Shown here piece after piece: positions 1 through 7,726 of a DNA stretch of 64,000 nt. Every line of letters starts with the position of its first letter. Position 1 is the first letter of the stretch. The notes below the pieces were generated by a model. It was not told where the DNA came from. It searched no databases and saw only the letters and a list, made by a program, of their open reading frames with translations. Origin of the DNA: Planctomycetota bacterium (lineage in GTDB: Bacteria; Planctomycetota; Planctomycetia; Gemmatales; Gemmataceae); contig JAJPIY010000079.1 of assembly GCA_021324515.1 (NCBI GenBank), forward strand, positions 10 to 64,009, read 5' to 3'. Made by a program: the position numbers and the translations under genes.

Positions 1-136
1 CACTTCCCCCCACCCCAACCCTCCCCCACAAGGGGGGAGGGAGAACACTTCCCCCCACCCCAACCCTCCCCCACAAGGGGGGAGGGAGCCTGGTTTCTCC
101 CTCCCCCCTTGTGGGGGAGGGTTGGGGTGGGGGGGG
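1..136. repeat. Family A G/C-tract palindromic repeat cluster: two direct 43-nt units plus one inverted copy that forms a 38-bp perfect hairpin
   Basis: The unit cacttccccccaccccaaccctcccccacaaggggggagggag occurs at 1-43 and 46-88. Positions 51-88 are the exact reverse complement of 97-134, with loop 89-96. Each unit also has an internal ccctccccc/gggggaggg hairpin. Confidence 0.9.
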
Positions 137-164
137 AATTGTGCCCAATTCAACTGTGCCCAGT
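97..164. repeat. Left copy of a ~68-nt imperfect inverted repeat (family A unit plus G-run-aattgtgcccaattcaac core)
   Basis: Positions 129-164 (G8 aattgtgcccaattcaactgtgcccagt) match the reverse complement of 2591-2627 with 2 mismatches. The outer parts are also related, but degenerate. Confidence 0.8.
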
Positions 165-259
165 ATAACGACCCCATTGTCCCGAACCTCGATTGCTCCG
201 AGCGGGTCTCGCTCCTAAGATCAACTTTGTGGCCCTGTGGTTTGGGGAGACGATCGGCA

Positions 260-757
260 ATGCGACACGTTTTGTCGGCGCTGGTGCAGAACCAACCCGG
301 CGTCCTGGCTCACATCTCTGGCATGCTCGCTTCGCGCGGCTTCAACATCGACAGTTTGGCTGTCGGCGAGACCGAACAGCCTGACCTGTCGCGCATGACT
401 TTCGTGGTTCACGGCGACGATGCCGAACTGGAACAGGTGCGCAAACAACTGGACAAAATCGTCACCGTCGTCAAAGTGCAGGACATCAGCAGCGAGAACT
501 TCGTCGAGCGCGATCTGATGCTCATCAAAGTCAATGCCACGCCGCAGCAGCGCGTGGAGATCAGCTTGCTCGTCGAGATGTTCCGCGGCCGAGTCGTTGA
601 TATTAGTCCCACGAACCTTATGGTCGAAATCAGCGGTCAAGAGAGCAAGATCGAAGCCTTCATCGAGTTAATGCGTCCCTACGGCATCTTGGAACTGGCG
701 CGCACCGGGCGCATCGCCCTGGTCCGCGGTACGCCTAGCCAAGGAGATATTCTGTGA
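260..757 (+). CDS. ilvN: Acetolactate synthase small (regulatory) subunit
   Basis: The translation MRHVLSALVQNQPGVLAHISGMLASRGFNIDSLAVGETE... is a typical ACT-domain IlvN/IlvH N-terminus. The ATG at 260 was chosen within ORF 122..757 because the upstream part lies in repeat DNA. Confidence 0.9.
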   Translation: MRHVLSALVQNQPGVLAHISGMLASRGFNIDSLAVGETEQPDLSRMTFVVHGDDAELEQVRKQLDKIVTVVKVQDISSENFVERDLMLIKVNATPQQRVEISLLVEMFRGRVVDISPTNLMVEISGQESKIEAFIELMRPYGILELARTGRIALVRGTPSQGDIL

Positions 758-1089
758 GTCCTTCTAGTACTTACGCCTTCCGCTCGGAATTGCCGTCCGC
801 CACGCGGCCGGTGCGCGCGGAGTTGGCCAACCTGCTACGCAGTTTGCAGCCTGGACAGCGCATCCGCATCACGCAGACCGTGGCCATCAACATGCGCCGC
901 CGCTGGACGACCACGGTTGAAGGCGTCTTCCGCGGCGTCCATTTCCTGGTCACCGGCCTGGCCACCGAACGTGTGCCGGAAGATGACATTGTCGTTGTCA
1001 CCGTCCACTTCACCAAGGACAATGGCGAGCTGTCGAGCATCACGCTGGATGACAACAGCCAAGTGGAAGCGATTTCTGCAACGAGATGA
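754..1089 (+). CDS. Hypothetical protein, translationally coupled to ilvN
   Basis: This is a 111-aa ORF. Its GTG start overlaps the ilvN stop (GTGA). No motif was recognised, and GC-rich third codon positions are consistent with coding. Confidence 0.5.
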   Translation: MSPSSTYAFRSELPSATRPVRAELANLLRSLQPGQRIRITQTVAINMRRRWTTTVEGVFRGVHFLVTGLATERVPEDDIVVVTVHFTKDNGELSSITLDDNSQVEAISATR

Positions 1090-1093
1090 GGAA

Positions 1094-2086
1094 TCATTTC
1101 CGCCGCCAAAGCAGGGCCTCACACAGCCCGAGTTTTGCAAGCGCAGGACGAATGGCCCGGAGGAAACGGGCGGCGTCGCCGGGATAACCGGCCGTCGGCT
1201 TCAGGTCGGACACATGCTCTTGCCAAAAGCGATTGAATTCCAGCATCAACACTTCGCGCAGATATTTACTGGTCATCGAAGCCAGGGCGACGCAGAAATA
1301 CTCGCCCTCGGCGTGCGGCTGAAAAAGGAGTCGCATACTGCGCCCCAGCCCATGAATGCGGTAGGCACTGCACGCCCTGCTCTCTTGTTCAATAGTGAGA
1401 ATGCCTTCGGGCAAGGCATGTTGGAGCATGGCTGCATAGGTATTGCGGCCGCCATGCTTATCGATGAAAAATACCCGATCATCTTCACTCGGCAGATTGC
1501 GCCGCTGCCAGCGCAACAAGGACGCCAAGGCGTGAGCCAAGACATGTCCCTTCGTCCCCCCCTCTTCCACCAAGGCATTGAAGCGCGGCGGACAGACAAC
1601 GACACTGCGTACTTGCCAGCCTGTAACGCCGGCGCCGGCGCAGGCGTCCCGGAAACGAGCCGCCTCTGTTTGCCAAGCCACAGGGTCCGCGAGAGAAGCT
1701 GGCAACGGCTGAACGCCGCGATACCATACCTCGCGCCGCAACTCCTCTTGAGCATCGGGGCAGAGCCAATCGATCAGGGCGGCCAGCGACCCTAAAGAGC
1801 AATCCGCCGTGCCCGCAAGAGAAGCCAGGACGCCGCGCTCCAGGCCAGCCAAGCCGTGCGCGGTGTACACATGCTTGGAATCGTCGATGAGCAATCGCCC
1901 TTCGTCGGCGTCTTGGCTGCGTCGGACTATTGGATGCAGCAGGCCCCAGAGGTCGGCCTTTCCGCTTGGCCGTCCCTTGCGGAGGCCGTCAGAAGAGATG
2001 GGCACGCGGCAAGCTGCGGCGGTCATGACAAAGGGACCGAGGTTCGGCCCATAGCCTGCTTCATCAATGCCGATGATCCACGTCAT
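1094..2086 (-). CDS. RNase HII-family (type 2 RNase H)-like protein with a large internal insertion
   Basis: Four motifs appear in RNase HII order: IGIDEAGYGPNLGP (DEAG metal site), IDDSKHVY (DSK), FIDKHGG, and ALASMTSKYLRE...GYPGDA. The ATG at 2086 is preferred; ORF 1094..2167 is the long alternative. Confidence 0.6.
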   Translation of the reverse strand: MTWIIGIDEAGYGPNLGPFVMTAAACRVPISSDGLRKGRPSGKADLWGLLHPIVRRSQDADEGRLLIDDSKHVYTAHGLAGLERGVLASLAGTADCSLGSLAALIDWLCPDAQEELRREVWYRGVQPLPASLADPVAWQTEAARFRDACAGAGVTGWQVRSVVVCPPRFNALVEEGGTKGHVLAHALASLLRWQRRNLPSEDDRVFFIDKHGGRNTYAAMLQHALPEGILTIEQESRACSAYRIHGLGRSMRLLFQPHAEGEYFCVALASMTSKYLREVLMLEFNRFWQEHVSDLKPTAGYPGDAARFLRAIRPALAKLGLCEALLWRRK

Positions 2087-2184
2087 GTGATTTTCGATGT
2101 TCCCCTCTCGGTTTTCGGAATAGGATACGGGGACGGGAGACGTTTGGCCCTTTGTCGAAGATCGCAAATTGCGGAGGCTGCCCC

Positions 2185-2529
2185 ATGCTGAGTGAGAATA
2201 TTTTCCAGAAAATCGCAGAGAAACAAATTCCTGCCCGTATTGTCTACGAGGACGAACATTGCGTCGCCTTCCACGACATCAATCCGCAGGCGCCCGTCCA
2301 TGTGCTCCTTATCCCACGCAAGGTCATTCCGACCCACGCCGACATCAAGGCGGAGGACCGCGAGATCTTGGGCCATCTGCATTGGGTGGCTGCCCAGCTG
2401 GCGGAGAAACTCGGCATCAGTGACGGGTATCGATTGGTAATCAATTGCAAGGAGCGTGCTGGCCAAACTGTGCCGCACTTGCACTTGCACCTGCTCGGCG
2501 GCCGCAACTTCGCTTGGCCGCCCGGATAA
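2185..2529 (+). CDS. HIT-family (HinT-like) nucleotide hydrolase
   Basis: It carries the histidine triad HLHLHLLGG and the N-terminus MLSENIFQKIAEKQIPARIVYEDEHCVAFHDINPQAP. The ATG at 2185 lies within ORF 2152..2529. Confidence 0.9.
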   Translation: MLSENIFQKIAEKQIPARIVYEDEHCVAFHDINPQAPVHVLLIPRKVIPTHADIKAEDREILGHLHWVAAQLAEKLGISDGYRLVINCKERAGQTVPHLHLHLLGGRNFAWPPG

Positions 2530-2590
2530 AGGTATCTCTTCTCACGAAGGAATACCCCCGGAGCATCCGATGAACCCGCGCCCTACATAT

Positions 2591-2660
2591 ACGGGGCACG
2601 GTTGAATTGGGCACAATTCCCCCCCCCATCCAAACCTTTCGTCACAAGGGAAGGGGAAAG
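2591..2660. repeat. Right (inverted) copy of the ~68-nt repeat seen at 97-164
   Basis: The reverse complement of 2591-2627 is G9 aattgtgcccaattcaaccgtgccccgt. Positions 2628-2660 are a degenerate inverted family A unit (cccttgtg and ggtttgg blocks are shared). Confidence 0.75.
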
Positions 2661-2756
2661 TCTGCTAACTCTAGTTTAAAATGGGTATCTTTGGAACCAA
2701 GCCGATGTCTGGTGGTTCGCTGGCATTGTAAGTCGTTTTATGTCGAGAAATCCCAG

Positions 2757-2828
2757 TGACCCCGAGGGGATTCGAACCCCTGTTGCGGCCTTGAAAGGGC
2801 CGTGTCCTAACCATTAGACGACGGGGCC
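2757..2828 (-). tRNA. tRNA-Glu (anticodon UUC)
   Basis: The minus-strand sequence GGCCCCGTCGTCTAATGGTTAGGACACGGCCCTTTCAAGGCCGCAACAGGGGTTCGAATCCCCTCGGGGTCA folds as a cloverleaf. The anticodon loop is CTTTCAA and the T-loop is GGTTCGAATCC. CCA is not encoded. Confidence 0.9.
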
Positions 2829-2968
2829 GCGTCGCCGTTGTGCGGCAACTACCGTATCGTAGGAAGATGGTTCAGGGCCGTCAAGTTGAGTAAGGCCATT
2901 ACGGTGGGCGTCCGTTTCTTACAATAGGTCGGAGACATCCCGAAGGTTGCTTTTTTTGAGGACCATCC

Positions 2969-3736
2969 ATGACTGCCGGAGAATTGCGGACGCTTCTCGA
3001 ACAAGTTTACGCTGGGCAACTGAATGTGGAGTCGGCGTTGCAACGGCTCCAGGAGCCGCCGGTGGCCGATCTCGGCTTCGCTCAGGTTGATCTACACCGC
3101 CGACAGCGTTGCGGCTTTCCGGAAGTGATCTTTTGTGAAGGGAAAACGCCGCAATGGGTCGAAGGCGTCGTCCGTCAATTGGTCGAGGCCAACCAGGACT
3201 GCCTGGCCACGCGCGTCAATGCCGAACAGGCTGCCCATCTCGCCACCCTCTTTCCGCAGGCTGAACAGGATCGCCTCGCCCGTACCTTCTGGTTGCCGGC
3301 GCCGTCGTCGGCGCCGCGACAGGCCGTCGGCCGAGTCGTCATTCTGACGGCTGGCACCAGTGATTTGCCCGTGGCCCAGGAAGCCGTCGTCACGGCCCGT
3401 GCTCTAGGCTGCGACGTGAAATTGTTGGCCGATGTCGGGGTAGCGGGCATTCATCGCTTGCTGCGGCACCGCGAGCAGTTCTCCAGCGCCGATGCCATCG
3501 TAGTGGTGGCCGGCATGGATGGGGCCTTGCCCAGTGTCGTCGGCGGACTGGTCGATTGTCCTGTCATTGCCGTGCCGACCAGCATCGGTTATGGTGCTGC
3601 TTTCGCCGGCTTAGCGCCGTTGTTGACTATGCTCAACGCCTGTTCCGCCAATGTCGTCGCTGTCAACATCGACAGCGGTTTCAAAGGCGGCTACGTTGCC
3701 GCCCTCATTGCGCGGCGGGCGGCCCGGTCTGCCTGA
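2969..3736 (+). CDS. larB: LarB-type (PurE/AIR-carboxylase-like) nickel-pincer cofactor biosynthesis protein
   Basis: 255 aa. It has the N-terminal DLHRRQRCGFPEVIFCEGKT region and the PurE-like core VVILTAGTSDLPVAQEA...VVVAGMDGALPSVVGGL...VIAVPTSIGYG. Confidence 0.8.
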   Translation: MTAGELRTLLEQVYAGQLNVESALQRLQEPPVADLGFAQVDLHRRQRCGFPEVIFCEGKTPQWVEGVVRQLVEANQDCLATRVNAEQAAHLATLFPQAEQDRLARTFWLPAPSSAPRQAVGRVVILTAGTSDLPVAQEAVVTARALGCDVKLLADVGVAGIHRLLRHREQFSSADAIVVVAGMDGALPSVVGGLVDCPVIAVPTSIGYGAAFAGLAPLLTMLNACSANVVAVNIDSGFKGGYVAALIARRAARSA

Positions 3737-4491
3737 TCCCTTGCTCCAATTCGAGCGACGGTGCAATAATTTTCGTGCGGCAAACATCCGAGTGCTAGGA
3801 TGGGAGCCACAAGTAAGGCGGTTGGCCTTACCGTAGTACGTCACTCCCTTGCAACCGCAGCCTCGAGGAGCCGAAGATTTGCTCATCTTCTGCCCACGTT
3901 CGTAGCAAAGTGCCCAGGTGCTTTTTCGCGCCGGCGCAAAAAAGAGATCGCTAGATTGGGAAAGCCCGGAAGCGGGACTTTACAAGATAAAGCGACACAA
4001 GATATTGATATAAAATAATTTATAGCTGGCATAGCTACATCGAAGAGCATAGGTGCTCTGCAAGGCGCGGCAAAGGTTTACCTCGTTCGCAAATTGGCAC
4101 AACGATTGCACAAGAGGTCGGGAGAGAAGAGGGCAAACTTGGCTAGGAAAAAACGGAGATTATTTGGTAATCTTTAGGAGAAGGCTGCGTTTGTCCACTA
4201 CAAACGGACCTTCAAAGGGGGAAATGGAGCGAGAAGGACTCTCGCTGGTTCGATGCGAAAGGATTCCTGAGCTACGGTTAACAGAGAGAGGTTGCTGCTC
4301 CGAATGACCCAATGTTCGGGTCCCCTTCCAGGAAGCACCCTCAGCGCACGACCCGCCGTTTCCGTCCTTCGCCCAGCAACCTGACACCCGCGACAGCCTC
4401 TCGGATTGCGAGGTCTGTCGGCGCATTTGCGCCGCCAGTCCGGCGGCCGCGGGAACGTTTCGCGCCCCTGGGAAGGGGAGGAGGGTAAAGT

Positions 4492-5046
4492 ATGTTCCCG
4501 CTGAACTGTGCCCTGGCTGTGGCCCTGTTGACGACCCCATCCGATCCCGTCGAAGCGGTCGCTGCGGAGGAGGTTGCCATGCTCCGGCCGATCTTACAAA
4601 CGGTCGCTATTTCCTGGGAAATCCTCGATCCACGGGAGGTCCGTTATGTGCTCACCCGGCCGGAAGATTTCGCTGCCGACTTAAAACTCTTGCGGCGGCG
4701 CTATCAAGACCTGCGCGATGCTCCGCCTTTATGTGACTGCATTCGCTTTCCCGACCGCAGCTTAATAAATGACATGTTGTCCTTCAACCGGGCCTATCGC
4801 CAGCATCTGGACAGCCGCCAAGCCCTAGATCCAACCGGACGCTGGGAACTGCACGAAGCGCTGCAAGAAGCGGATCGGCTTTATCAGATATGGGACACGG
4901 TGCGCGATGCGCGTTGCGATTACTACTACGTGACGGTGCGGCGACAGGCGCTCAAGAAGCTGCGCGAGGCGATCGGCCCGCAGGCGTACTATTCGGGTTG
5001 CTTGCCTCCCCACGTGCCGGTCTGGCGCTTTGCGCGCATCGACTAA
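4492..5046 (+). CDS. Hypothetical secreted protein
   Basis: 184 aa. A strong SD (ggaggagggtaaagt) precedes the ATG. The hydrophobic N-terminus MFPLNCALAVALLTTP looks like a signal peptide. No family was recognised. Confidence 0.6.
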   Translation: MFPLNCALAVALLTTPSDPVEAVAAEEVAMLRPILQTVAISWEILDPREVRYVLTRPEDFAADLKLLRRRYQDLRDAPPLCDCIRFPDRSLINDMLSFNRAYRQHLDSRQALDPTGRWELHEALQEADRLYQIWDTVRDARCDYYYVTVRRQALKKLREAIGPQAYYSGCLPPHVPVWRFARID

Positions 5047-5070
5047 AAAAGTTGGGGCCTGCCTCCATGC

Positions 5071-6321
5071 TCAGGTGGTATATTCTGCATTGAGGCGGAC
5101 GTATTCTTGGGTTAAATCACACGTCCAGAAGGTGCAGCGTCCTGGACCTAAGGGAAAGCTCAGGCGGATCTGGATGTGACGTTGACGCTGGAGATAAGCC
5201 GAGGCGGCGCCAACATCGAACGGTTGGGGCAGGCCGCCACGATACAATAGCAGATCGCCTAGCCACAACGAAAGATGCTCCTCCTCGAACTCGACCCCGG
5301 CATAACCCGCCGCCGAGACGATGCGGCCCCAATTGGGGTCGGCCCCGTGGATGGCTGTCTTTACCAGGGGGCTTTCGGCAACTGTCTTGGCCACACGATA
5401 GGCCTCGCGGTCGTCGCGCAACCCTTCCACTTCAATGGTAATCAGGTGCGTGGCTCCCTCGGCGTCGGCAGCGATGGCGCGGGCCAGTTCGCCGCATACC
5501 TCGGTCACGGCAGCGGCGAACCGCATCTTGGCAGAAGAAGCGAGGGGCCGAAGGCCAGGAGCGAGAGAAAAAGAGTGTCTCGCCTCACGGCCCTCGCCTT
5601 GTGCTCTTTCCGCTAAACCGTTGGCCAACAGTATCAACGTATCGTTGGTGCTGGTGTGCCCTTCGACGCTGATGCAGTTGAATGTCTGATCGGCGGCGCG
5701 ACGAGCGATCTCGGCCAGGTCCGCCGCGGATACTGCGGCGTCGCTGCACACGAACGCTAACATGGTCGCCAAGTTCGGCCCGATCATCGCCGCGCCTTTG
5801 GCCAAGCCGGTTAGCCGTACAGTTACCCCATCACAATCGATCTGCCGTGTTGCCGTCTTGATGCATGTATCGGTGGTGAGGATGGCATGAGCGACCTCCT
5901 CGAAGGCGGCAAGCGTATCGGCAAGTCGAGTAGCGGCGGTACGGATGCCGCTTTCAATTTGCGGCATAGGCAAAGGGCGGCCAATAACGCCTGTGGAACA
6001 GACGAGCATCTGCTCAGGCCGACAGCCGATGGCTTGGGCTGCCACGGTTGTCATGGTGCGAGCGTCTTCCAGGCCGCGCGGTCCCGTGCAGGCGTTGGCG
6101 TTGCCCGAACAGATGACGATGCCACGCACTTCGTCCGACGGCAAACGTTGCTGACAGACGCGCACTGGCGCGGCCCGCACGCGGTTCTGGGTGAAGACGC
6201 CTGCTGCGGCTGCGGGGACATCACTGACGATCAAGGCCAAATCACGACGCTGCGGATCAGGACGGAGACCGCAGTGCAGGCCGGCGTAGCGGAAGCCCTT
6301 GGCGAGATAAGGGATCGTCAT
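5071..6321 (-). CDS. argJ: Bifunctional glutamate N-acetyltransferase / amino-acid acetyltransferase
   Basis: It has KGFRYAGLHCGL, SGNANACTG, the autoproteolytic site GPNLATMLAF and HTSTNDT. The ATG at 6321 (MTIPYLAKGF) lies within ORF 5071..6381. Confidence 0.9.
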   Translation of the reverse strand: MTIPYLAKGFRYAGLHCGLRPDPQRRDLALIVSDVPAAAAGVFTQNRVRAAPVRVCQQRLPSDEVRGIVICSGNANACTGPRGLEDARTMTTVAAQAIGCRPEQMLVCSTGVIGRPLPMPQIESGIRTAATRLADTLAAFEEVAHAILTTDTCIKTATRQIDCDGVTVRLTGLAKGAAMIGPNLATMLAFVCSDAAVSAADLAEIARRAADQTFNCISVEGHTSTNDTLILLANGLAERAQGEGREARHSFSLAPGLRPLASSAKMRFAAAVTEVCGELARAIAADAEGATHLITIEVEGLRDDREAYRVAKTVAESPLVKTAIHGADPNWGRIVSAAGYAGVEFEEEHLSLWLGDLLLYRGGLPQPFDVGAASAYLQRQRHIQIRLSFPLGPGRCTFWTCDLTQEYVRLNAEYTT

Positions 6322-6338
6322 AGGAGTATTAGGTCGTG

Positions 6339-6536
6339 TCACAGCGAATGCGCCATCTCGGCGCTGGACTCCATCTGCCATTCCGTGGTGAAGGCCATGT
6401 CGTTGACAGAAGTCGTCTCCTGCGGTACACGGCGGCGGTCGCGCTCAATGAGCTTTTGCATCAAGTTCGTCAGGGCGTCGAAGTCCTGGACGAGCCGCTG
6501 AAGGTTCGGATCGCGGATGAGAGAGGGTTCGTTCAT
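6339..6536 (-). CDS. Small hypothetical protein (65 aa) upstream of argJ
   Basis: A GGAGG sits 5 nt upstream of the ATG at 6536. The translation is MNEPSLIRDPNLQRLVQDFDALTNLMQKLIERD.... It ends 18 nt before the argJ start. Confidence 0.45.
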   Translation of the reverse strand: MNEPSLIRDPNLQRLVQDFDALTNLMQKLIERDRRRVPQETTSVNDMAFTTEWQMESSAEMAHSL

Positions 6537-6850
6537 GGCTGCCTCCGAGTTATCCAGGGACGGAGCTAGTGCCGGAGATGTTGAAGGTTGCGTCTCCAAT
6601 GTAGAGGAATTGTAACCCCTCCAGAGAAAGAAGCAATCATTTTTTAAACTTTTTCGTTCAAGAAAAAAGCGCCGCGCTAGCAAAAACCGTTCCTTGTCTG
6701 GGCCCTTCCTTACTCCGTTGTTGGACAGCGGTAGCTATGCTTCGTTTTCTTCCTCTTTCGTTTGGGCCACTCCGTTGGCCTTCTCTGCCGGACGCGGTAG
6801 GATTGGGCAGATAGTGGGAGTGTAAACTTCTGGAATCAATACTTGTCTCC

Positions 6851-6872
6851 GCTGTTAACGATCGTTAACAGC
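6851..6872. promoter_or_regulatory. Perfect 22-bp palindrome, candidate operator
   Basis: gctgttaacgatcgttaacagc is its own reverse complement. It lies in a non-coding region 175 nt upstream of the 7047 CDS. Confidence 0.4.
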
Positions 6873-6925
6873 CTGTCCCGGTTTCCCTGGTAGTTCGTTT
6901 TTGCCCATCTTCAGTAGCTTTTTTC

Positions 6926-6952
6926 GCAAGTTCTTTACATGAAATAACTTGC
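6926..6952. promoter_or_regulatory. Inverted repeat gcaagtt-N13-aacttgc
   Basis: It has 7-bp arms separated by an A/T-rich 13-nt spacer, about 95 nt upstream of the 7047 CDS. Confidence 0.3.
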
Positions 6953-7046
6953 ATCGCGCTCCTGTAGGCTGCTCCATCTGGACCTCGGTTTCTGGCACGT
7001 CAAATGCATTAAACTCGGCGCACTCGTTGAGAGAGGTACCCCCACC

Positions 7047-7481
7047 ATGACACCTACCATCCGACCTACCCTGCAATCGTTACGAAATCGGCCGACTTTG
7101 CACCAGGTCTGTGAACCTTGGGGCCGCCTGGAACTCAAACTGGAGACCGAGGACACGCGCTACTGGATCACCACCGAAGGCGTATCCAAGAAGACGAGCG
7201 GTACTCCCATCAATTACGTCATTGATTACGTCACTGTCGAGAAGCTGTCCGAAGACGGCAGCTGGGACCTCAAGGCCGTCTACAGCCCCGAAGCCTGGAA
7301 GCTGTCCCAGGCCTTCGATTATTGCCAGATCCTGCACCAGGATCTTAATCGCATCAACGCCGCCCTGGAAACCCACTTTAGTTGGGACTTGGTGCGCGAA
7401 CGCGACAGCGTGCAGGCGGAGCTGGACGCGGTCAACAAAATCATCTTCGTGCTGTCCGACCGAGTGCGTTCGCGTTCCTGA
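7047..7481 (+). CDS. Hypothetical protein
   Basis: This 144-aa ORF has only one in-frame Met. The composition is protein-like (YWITTEGVSKKTSGTPINYVIDYVTVEKLSEDGSWDLKAVY). No family was recognised. Confidence 0.5.
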   Translation: MTPTIRPTLQSLRNRPTLHQVCEPWGRLELKLETEDTRYWITTEGVSKKTSGTPINYVIDYVTVEKLSEDGSWDLKAVYSPEAWKLSQAFDYCQILHQDLNRINAALETHFSWDLVRERDSVQAELDAVNKIIFVLSDRVRSRS

Positions 7482-7619
7482 AGGCTTCCTCCTCCTCTGG
7501 CCCGCCTCGCCTCTGGCCCCGACCGCGCCTTGCCAAAGGACGGTTCCGCACGCGTCCAGGCCGCCTAGCCTGTACGGGCGGCGTTTCGGTTTGTATACTG
7601 CAAGCCGCCACGGCCAAGC

Positions 7620-7703
7620 GCCGGGGTGGTGTAACTGGCAGCCACGTAGGATTTAGGATCCTATGGTCGAAAGACCGTGCGGGTTCGAGTCCCGCCCCCG
7701 GCA
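7620..7703 (+). tRNA. tRNA-Leu (anticodon UAG)
   Basis: The sequence is GCCGGGGTGGTGTAACTGGCAGCCACGTAGGATTTAGGATCCTATGGTCGAAAGACCGTGCGGGTTCGAGTCCCGCCCCCGGCA. It has a 7-bp acceptor stem, anticodon loop TTTAGGA, a long variable arm and T-loop TTCGAGT. Confidence 0.9.
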
Positions 7704-7726
7704 TTAGCGATCTGCTAAGTGTCTTT

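Noticed and set aside
917-1795. A 292-aa plus-strand ORF overlaps the RNase HII-like gene.
   Set aside because: It is antisense to an ORF that carries ordered RNase HII motifs. It has no motifs of its own, and its composition is typical of a shadow frame.
129-2627. The inverted-repeat-bounded 2.4-kb segment was considered as a transposon.
   Set aside because: No transposase or recombinase lies inside, and the cargo is housekeeping (ilvN, HIT). It is kept as a finding about the repeats only, not called a mobile element.
3800-4307. ORFs 3800-4018 (72 aa) and 4053-4307 (84 aa) lie in the larB-downstream gap.
   Set aside because: Their composition is poor (Arg/Ser/Cys-rich), they have no RBS, and they lie in a lower-GC region with many hairpins. 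They are treated as non-coding.
3737-4491. RNase P RNA, tmRNA, SRP RNA or 6S RNA were looked for in the long intergenic region.
   Set aside because: I looked for GAGGAAAGTCCGGGC / ACAGAACCCGGCTTA (RNase P), a tRNA-like 3' end with CCA (tmRNA), and the GGAA-tetraloop domain IV motif (SRP). None is present. Only generic hairpins were found.
7382-7726. The N-terminal extension of the RmlD-like ORF (ORF 7382..8794).
   Set aside because: The extension reads straight through the tRNA-Leu gene (7620-7703) and overlaps the 7047 CDS. The ATG at 7727, directly after the tRNA, is the sensible start.
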